Source: Christensenellaceae bacterium
GTDB lineage: Bacteria; Bacillota; Clostridia; Christensenellales; DTU072
Assembly: GCA_031278175.1 (NCBI GenBank)
Contig: JAITLB010000021.1
Coordinates: 1-45,657, forward strand
Length of the DNA stretch: 45,657 nt
Reading direction: 5' to 3'
The notes under the pieces were generated by a model. The model was not told where the DNA came from. It ran no database searches and was given only the letters and a program-made list of their open reading frames with translations. The translations under genes and the position numbers were made by a program. Positions 40,149 through 45,657 of the stretch are shown piece after piece (the stretch's first letter is position 1; the number at the start of each line of letters is the position of its first letter).

Positions 40149-42053
40149 TTAAAACAACCTCATTTCTTGTACGGCTTTTTTGAGTATTTCGTCGCAATTT
40201 GTCATGGCATTGGTGTCAGCGAAACATCGGTCGGCAAAGAATAATGTGCCCGCGCCTAATGCGGATAAGCTTTCCATTTGCTCTATACTCAAGTCCTCTT
40301 GCATGCACACAAGCACTTTGTATGCGTCCACGCTTTCATCGCCTGCGTGCGAGATCATATGCACAGTCGCATTTGCAACTGTTACCGCCTCTACAGGCAA
40401 CGTCAACGGCAAGCTGTATTTGAGCATAATCTCGTATACCATGTCTAAGGGTGTGCGGTCTGGCATTAGATACTCGTAAAAGTCTTTTATCCGCATTGCG
40501 AGTTCGTCATAGTCGCGCGTATATTCGTTGTTCCACCTTTTTAGGTTCGAGGTGTCTAGCTTAAACACCTTAAAGCCTGTATCAAGCTCAGCCGTCAGCA
40601 TAGGCGCGTCATCTTTAATTTTTTTGGCAGCCCGGCGGATGCGCTCTTTTCCTATTTCGCAAAGGTTTTTATAACCCGCTTTGAAGGCATTGGTTTCTGC
40701 ATCGATTAGCTCCGGCAACTGTATACATATAAATTTGCGATTGCCATTATCCGCAGCATTTTGTTGCATAACCGCGTGCGCCGTTGTTGCCGAACCGCTA
40801 AAAAAATCGAGTACAATATCGCCCTCGTTGGGGCACGTTCCCATTTGTAGCATTTTTATAAGCAACTCGACAGGTTTCGGATAGTCAAAAACCTTACTAT
40901 TGAAAAGTTCTTTTACGGTAAGCGTTCCTTTTTCGGTGTTCGTATCCTTATCCCACCAAACCGACCGTGCCATAACACGACTCTCGCGGTATTTTTCAAC
41001 GATTTGGTAACCGCCGTTTATCATTCTTTTCGCTTTAATTTCGGTATTCAAATTTGCTTTTGACTTTTCTTTTCCCCACCGCCAGACCGTGTTTATGCCT
41101 TGTGACTCTAACGGGTATAGTTTTAACCACCCGACTTTGGGTTCCAATGAAATTTCATAAAGCCCATTTGCATCTGCGCTCATTGTATTTATGTGAAAAG
41201 GATAGTATAAATTTGGACGGTTTTCTTTATTAAACTTTATGTTTCTATTGCGTAGCTCGCGCAACTCAAAGCCGCCGCGCTCATCGAATTGAGTAAAACA
41301 GTTCTCTTTATCCTCTATTAAATTCAATCTTGCCGCATCGGTCTTGGAATAGACATATATATAGTCGTGCATTCGAGCTATTCCGCCGTAATCGCGTCCG
41401 CCCGGATTCCCAACAACTGTTATTTGTCCTATGTAATTATACTCACCGAACACCTCATCCATTAGCTTTTTAAGGTTTGTTGATTCGTTGTCATCGCAAC
41501 TAACAAAAATAATGCCGTCCGCCTGCAAAAGGACCCTCGCCAATTTCAAACGCGGCAACATCATGTTGAGCCAATTTGTGTGATATCGCCCTGCTGTTTC
41601 AGCATTGCTCTTTGCCGAATCGCCTATTACTTGCTTATAGTTCGCTATGCTATCGGAGAAATCGTCCGCATACACAAAATCGTTGCCAGTGTTATAAGGC
41701 GGGTCTATGTATATCATTTTGACGCGGTTCATATAACTGCCCGACAGTAGCTTCAAAACCTCTAAATTGTCGCCTTCTATATAGAGGTTTTCGGAGGTAT
41801 CAAAATCGACACTTTCCGCTCTGCAAGGTCTTAGCGTCCCCGTACTGCGCTTTTGCGCTAGGCGTATCGCGTCTAGCTTACCTGCCCAAGTGAACGAATA
41901 CTTTTCCCGTGCGTCCTCTATATACTCGCCGAGTAGGTTCCGCAACGCATCAAAGTCCACCTGTCCGTCTTCGAAAATCTCGGGGAACACCGCTTTCAGA
42001 TCCTTGATCCGCTCTGCCACTATATCAGGTGTAAGTCCGTCAATCTTTTTCAT
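40149..42053 (-). CDS. mod: Type III restriction-modification Mod-like N6-adenine DNA methyltransferase (beta class), solitary
   Basis: IYIDPPYNTGNDFVYADDF (motif IV, DPPY) lies upstream of VLDFFSGSATTAHAV (motif I). 634 aa with a central TRD-sized insert. GC ~48% against ~35% flanks. No res ORF on either side. Confidence 0.7.
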   Translation of the reverse strand: MKKIDGLTPDIVAERIKDLKAVFPEIFEDGQVDFDALRNLLGEYIEDAREKYSFTWAGKLDAIRLAQKRSTGTLRPCRAESVDFDTSENLYIEGDNLEVLKLLSGSYMNRVKMIYIDPPYNTGNDFVYADDFSDSIANYKQVIGDSAKSNAETAGRYHTNWLNMMLPRLKLARVLLQADGIIFVSCDDNESTNLKKLMDEVFGEYNYIGQITVVGNPGGRDYGGIARMHDYIYVYSKTDAARLNLIEDKENCFTQFDERGGFELRELRNRNIKFNKENRPNLYYPFHINTMSADANGLYEISLEPKVGWLKLYPLESQGINTVWRWGKEKSKANLNTEIKAKRMINGGYQIVEKYRESRVMARSVWWDKDTNTEKGTLTVKELFNSKVFDYPKPVELLIKMLQMGTCPNEGDIVLDFFSGSATTAHAVMQQNAADNGNRKFICIQLPELIDAETNAFKAGYKNLCEIGKERIRRAAKKIKDDAPMLTAELDTGFKVFKLDTSNLKRWNNEYTRDYDELAMRIKDFYEYLMPDRTPLDMVYEIMLKYSLPLTLPVEAVTVANATVHMISHAGDESVDAYKVLVCMQEDLSIEQMESLSALGAGTLFFADRCFADTNAMTNCDEILKKAVQEMRLF

Positions 42054-42844
42054 ATATCGATCCTGTTTATATTTATTTTTTGTTTCCGATCTTATACAGC
42101 CAGTAGTTTTTCTTGTTCTGTTTGCGCCGTTAGAAGCGCTTCAAGTTTCTTTTTTGCTGTCTTATTGAGAAACACGATCCGTTCCGATTGCGGCAACCCT
42201 TGCTCTATCAAAATTGCGTTACAACTTTCAAGTTGGCAAGCACGAGTAGTGTTCCAGACTAGCATAGTCGCGCATGTTGCCGTTTTTATCGAGATTCTCT
42301 GCTTTCTATTCACTCGCAGCTTTCCCAAACTGCGCAATGTTCAGCATATCCGCTTCATTTGCGTAAACGTATTAAACTTGCTTGTCACTAAGCGGCGAAA
42401 CTATCAAACTATCTTTTATCGCATCGCTATGTATGCGATAGTTAATTTTTGCGATCTCGCGTTTTGCAGTCCACTCAAGAGTCTCTCGCTCATCTTTTTT
42501 AGACGTTCAAACTCTTTTATTAGTTAAATTTTAAACTCGGGGGACCTATCCACATTCCAAATTCAAACGCAAAGCCCCTTGTGCGCGTAAGTCTCGCCAT
42601 ATCTGCCTGCTTGCGCTCTAATGCCGATTGCGGTGGTCTTTTCTATCCATTCTTTGTGCTAACCTTAAATCGATTAAGCCCTGCCTGACTTTTAATTGCG
42701 GCAAATTCGCCATAATCAAAATCGGGATTATAGACGCTTTCACCAATCCCAAAAAACTCTACAGTTTTTCTATTCCTTAACCAATCCGAAACAAAAAATC
42801 GCCGTCTTTTGAACTGCCTCCTGTTAAGTAGACACAAAAAGAAA

Positions 42845-43216
42845 TAAAATATTAAGCATCGAGTGGTTGATTTCTAAATTGAATTGGTGTCATTCCATTT
42901 AAGTTTTCTTGGAACCTACCATTAGTACAAAAATCGATATAGTTATCAATTGCATCTCTCTGTTCTTGTTCGCTGTGAAAGCTATTAAGGTAGAACATCT
43001 AAGTTTTCAATATTCCGAAGACACCTGCCATAGGACCCTTTCTATACAACGGCAGACTCTAGACATGTTATGAATTATTCCTTGTCCGTCAAGTTCAGCC
43101 CAGAGTTTTTTGCCTGTATACAGGGGCCTCGATCGTAATGGATCAGAGGGTTTGCAGACACAGCGAATCAAAGTTATCAAAAACCAGCTTATTATCATTG
43201 CGATTGCTAACGACAT
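42845..43216 (-). pseudogene. IS3 OrfB C-terminal part, frameshifted
   Basis: 43007-43216 encodes PLRSRPLYTGKKLWAELDGQGIIHNMSRVCRCIE, which matches TDRGFLYTSKKFWAKLVNQGIVHSMPRVGRCID of copy A. 42845-42992 is ~85-90% identical at DNA level to 4560-4707. Confidence 0.65.
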
Positions 43217-43540
43217 AAAAAATTATGCTCTTGTCGTAGAGGTCATAGATAGCACTTAAAAACAATTTTTTACCAGTTCATTGGATCTTAAACTCGCCTG
43301 CAATGGTCATCTACTTTCATTTGGGGGACTGCGTTAAACTCTCTATTTAGAATATTTTCTGCTGTAATTTGAGGCTTGCACTTAATAAAGCCCTTACGTT
43401 TGCGACATATAGCAGAGGAACTCCGAGCATTTTCATTAAGCGACGAATTCGTTTTTTGTTGTATTTCTTTTGTTTTAATGTATTCATGAATAATGTCATC
43501 CGCCTGTAACCTAGCATCTTATTGAAAGTTTCGTGGTGAT

Positions 43541-44056
43541 CTAGGATAAGTCTTGAAATCGCACAACTTTCTTTCTCGGCAGGTCATGCCAGGTTGCCCA
43601 CTTATAATACGAAGAACGGGGCAAACTGGGTGTTTTGCATTGCAATTTAACTGGATACTTACTACTCAATCCTTTAACAACTAGATATTTTTCCTCCTGT
43701 CTGGTTTTTGAGAAATTTGTCTTACCTCTATTTCCTTTTTTTAAAATTTCATTCTCCATTTGTAAACACTCTAATTTGCACATTGCCTTATTAAGATCTC
43801 TTTTTAGGCGTTCTACCTCGGTCATTTCCTCTTCAGTCTTGTGGTGTCCTCGGTTGTCTCGTAATCCGTCAATGCCATTGATATTGTATTTTTTTACCCA
43901 TTGGTAAACTTGATTATACGGCACTTTAAAGTGTTCAGCGGTGAGTTTGTAGTCGAATTTGCTACCAAGGCAAAATTTTACAACTTCTAATTTCTCATCA
44001 ATTGTTAAGTTTCTGCTTTTCATGTGATAAATTCCTTTGATTGGATCGTAGTCCAC
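43541..44056 (-). CDS. IS3-family transposase OrfA (HTH + leucine zipper) running into the OrfB N-terminus
   Basis: LTIDEKLEVVKF..HFKVPYNQVYQWVKKY, the leucine zipper LKRDLNKAMCKLECLQMENEILKK, then SLPRSSYYKW, the typical OrfB start. Confidence 0.7.
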   Translation of the reverse strand: MDYDPIKGIYHMKSRNLTIDEKLEVVKFCLGSKFDYKLTAEHFKVPYNQVYQWVKKYNINGIDGLRDNRGHHKTEEEMTEVERLKRDLNKAMCKLECLQMENEILKKGNRGKTNFSKTRQEEKYLVVKGLSSKYPVKLQCKTPSLPRSSYYKWATWHDLPRKKVVRFQDLS

Positions 44057-44290
44057 AAATTCGATGCCTTATTATACCATAAAACCCATCTTTATAAAAC
44101 AGAACTATCTGAAATATTGTGTTTTAGGCATAAATCTCTTAATGAGGACTCGCCTTGGATATACTCTTTAACTGCACTTAGTCTAAACGCTTTTGAATAA
44201 GCGGAACTGTCGACTTATTTCGAAAATGCTTAAGTTCGTACATGTCGTAGCACTGTTGTCGTTTGCAAATTGCGGAAGTGGTAAGCTCTA

Positions 44291-44383
44291 AACGTTGCCC
44301 ACCTCACTAGCGGACTTAAGTCCAGTAGTGAGGGTTGTAAGTGCACGTTTTATAGCACCTACACCATGTTTTCTCTTTCTCAT
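44291..44383 (-). CDS. candidate 31-aa basic small ORF with a strong Shine-Dalgarno
   Basis: Minus strand reads ctttGGAGGTatctcatATG AGA AAG AGA AAA CAT GGT... giving MRKRKHGVGAIKRALTTLTTGLKSASEVGNV. The 32-bp palindrome lies inside it. Confidence 0.25.
44302..44333. repeat. 32-bp near-perfect palindrome centred on GGACTTAAGTCC
   Basis: cctcactagcggacttaagtccagtagtgagg. The arms differ at 2 of 16 positions. Confidence 0.5.
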
Positions 44384-44396
44384 ATGAGATACCTCC

Positions 44397-44496
44397 AAAG
44401 TTTTGCTGCTTTGCTTTTTTGCGTGTCCTCTTTAATGGTAGCAGAGCATTTGCTACTTTGTTTTTTGCGTCTCTACTTTAGTGGTAGCAGAGCAAA
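44397..44496 (+). repeat. two ~46-bp imperfect tandem repeats, each with a short hairpin plus T-tract (terminator/attenuator-like), upstream of the ABC ATPase gene
   Basis: Unit A 44404-44450 tttgctgctttgcttttttgcgtgtcctctttaatggtagcagagca. Unit B 44451-44496 tttgctactttgttttttgcgtctctactttagtggtagcagagca. Hairpins CAAAG-N8-CTTTG + CTTTTTTG and GTAGCA-N7-TGCTAC + TTTGTTTTTTG. Confidence 0.5.
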
Positions 44497-44611
44497 TGAC
44501 CACAATCGTTTTGATTGCATTTTTACTTTATTTGTAGTATTATGTTACTTAATAAAGTTCATTTAAATTAGCAAAATGAGCGCGAGATATATCTGGGAAA
44601 AGGAAGATATT

Positions 44612-45370
44612 ATGTTAGAACTGATAGATTTAAAAAAGGAATACATCGTCAACAAAAAAAATGGCATAAAAGTTCAAGCGCTTGATGGCATATCTATCAA
44701 ATTTCAAGATAATGGGTTAGTGGCCATTGTTGGAAAAAGTGGTTGCGGCAAAACCACGTTATTAAATATGATAGCGGGAATCGATAAACCCTCGGCTGGA
44801 GAAATTATTATTAATGATGAAAAATTAAGCAAGTTCGGGGAATCAGATTTCGATTTTTATAGAAATTATTACATCAGTTTAATTTTTCAAGAATACAATT
44901 TACTGAATGATTATTCGGTTATAGAGAATATCCGTCTAGCGTGTCGGATTCAAGGTAACAATAAAGAGCTGACTCATCAACGTGCCCAAGATGCTCTGCG
45001 ACTGGTTGGTATGGAAGAATTGGCACAAAGGAAGATTAACACATTGAGCGGCGGACAACAGCAGAGAGTTGCTATTGCTCGTGCTATTGCTAAAGATAGC
45101 AAAATTATACTTTGCGATGAGCCTACGGGTAATTTGGATAGCAAAACTTCACAAGAAATTTACGAGTTATTGAAAAATGTGGCAAAAGAACGTTTAGTCA
45201 TTGTTGTTTCGCACGATAGAGAATTTGCCGATGGTTTTGCTAATAGAGTTGTTGTGTTGTCAGATGGGAGGGTTGTTAGCGACCAGACAGGTATTGTTTC
45301 TGGTGAGTACGAAAGGGTGAAAGAAGATATACAAATAAACAATCGCAAAAAAAAGAAAGGCCATAGGTGA
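44612..45370 (+). CDS. ABC transporter ATP-binding protein (MacB/FtsE/LolD-like)
   Basis: Walker A GKSGCGKTT, Q-loop, signature LSGGQQQRVAIARA, Walker B ILCDEPTGNLD, H-loop VSHD. AAGGAAG RBS before the internal ATG 44612. Confidence 0.8.
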   Translation: MLELIDLKKEYIVNKKNGIKVQALDGISIKFQDNGLVAIVGKSGCGKTTLLNMIAGIDKPSAGEIIINDEKLSKFGESDFDFYRNYYISLIFQEYNLLNDYSVIENIRLACRIQGNNKELTHQRAQDALRLVGMEELAQRKINTLSGGQQQRVAIARAIAKDSKIILCDEPTGNLDSKTSQEIYELLKNVAKERLVIVVSHDREFADGFANRVVVLSDGRVVSDQTGIVSGEYERVKEDIQINNRKKKKGHR

Positions 45371-45436
45371 CTTGTTTGTGATTATGCAAATAATATGCTA
45401 TAATTAACCCATATCAACTTATTTGAGGTTGCGCCA

Positions 45437-45657
45437 TGAATGATACAATGACCAAAATAATCGAGTTTTTGACTAAATTTGATCACGACAAATTAGTAAC
45501 AGTTCTAAACTTTGTAGAAACGATTCCAATTGATACATATAATAGCAACAGCAAAATGCATAATTGTCCGTATTGCAATTCTGAAAACATAGTTAAGAAC
45601 GGAAAAATGACTAAGAAACAACGTTATCTATGCAAAGAATGTCATAAGACATTTAGT
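45437..45657 (+). CDS. zinc-ribbon protein, partial (runs off the window); possibly an IS1/IS1595-type transposase N-terminus
   Basis: Own translation: ...CPYCNSENIVKNGKMTKKQRYLCKECHKTFS. This CxxC-N17-CxxC ribbon is typical of IS1 InsA / IS1595 transposase N-termini. Confidence 0.35.

Larger units (their letters stand above)
42810..44110 (-). mobile_element. decayed IS3-family insertion sequence (OrfA intact-ish, OrfB frameshifted); left end approximate
   Basis: OrfA/B pieces at 43541-44056, 43007-43216 and 42845-42992. The terminal repeat ttgaactgcctcctgttaagtagacaca mirrors the end of the 4384-4750 remnant. Confidence 0.7.

Noticed and set aside
40149-42053. Simple-sequence (phase-variable) repeats in the mod gene
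   Set aside because: No tetra- or pentanucleotide tracts or homopolymer runs of 8 or more were seen in the coding region.
42092-42527. 81-aa minus ORF and 120-aa plus ORF upstream of mod
   Set aside because: The minus ORF is a TTG-initiated frame bounded by a stop two codons upstream. Neighbouring frames give only 25-aa peptides. It looks like non-coding debris of the truncated island.
4750-42810. Inverted IS3 copies flanking 38 kb could be a composite transposon
   Set aside because: The interior is essential core genome (rpmB, serS, recG, holA, sigG) in conserved Firmicutes synteny. Copy A is only a 370-bp tail. This is not a mobile unit.
44366-44566. 66-aa plus-strand ORF
   Set aside because: It is composed of the tandem repeat / T-tract sequence, is low complexity (Leu/Phe/Cys-rich), and has no RBS. 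It is probably an artefact of the repeats.
1-45657. CRISPR arrays, tRNA and rRNA genes
   Set aside because: No regularly spaced direct repeats were seen. No cloverleaf-like conserved tRNA features or rRNA-like conserved blocks were recognised by eye. tRNAscan/Infernal would be needed to be certain.

Overview
This is a low-GC (about 35%) stretch of a Firmicutes sporeformer chromosome. The evidence for that placement is sigG, ylmC/ymxH, cdaA, a flotillin-nfeD pair and the conserved rpmB <-> asp23-yloV-recG synteny. The core genes are interleaved with decayed horizontally acquired material.

Core genes recognised: holA, sigG, cdaA, a DUF1015 gene, lysC, flotillin plus NfeD, a PfkB kinase, argD, a YfcC-type transporter, recG, yloV, asp23, rpmB, a P1/S58 peptidase, an XRE-cupin regulator, a GLUG/Flg_new surface lipoprotein, an AEC transporter, serS, ylmC, an MFS transporter and a partial ABC ATPase.

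Accessory content:
- A ~3.9 kb GC-rich (~48-50%) island at 825-4755. It is bounded by 36-bp direct repeats (789-824 and 4756-4790). It carries a Schlafen-like AlbA_2/HATPase_c_4 ATPase, several paralogous winged-helix (wHTH) modules including a tandem-wHTH pseudogene with an in-frame TGA, an RNase III N-terminal fragment, and the 3' end of an IS3-family transposase.
- A second GC-rich block at 40149-42810 encoding a solitary Type III-like Mod N6-adenine methyltransferase with no res gene. Its GC boundary falls exactly at its stop codon. It abuts a second, decayed, inverted copy of the same IS3 element (42810-44110).
- Between that IS and the ABC ATPase gene: a 32-bp near-perfect palindrome inside a 31-codon ORF with a strong Shine-Dalgarno, then two ~46-bp tandem repeats each carrying a hairpin plus T-tract.

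No CRISPR array, tRNA, rRNA or recognisable riboswitch (T-box, L-box) was seen. No complete multi-gene defence system is evident. The best candidates for undescribed biology are the repeat-bounded Schlafen-like island and the orphan Mod remnant.
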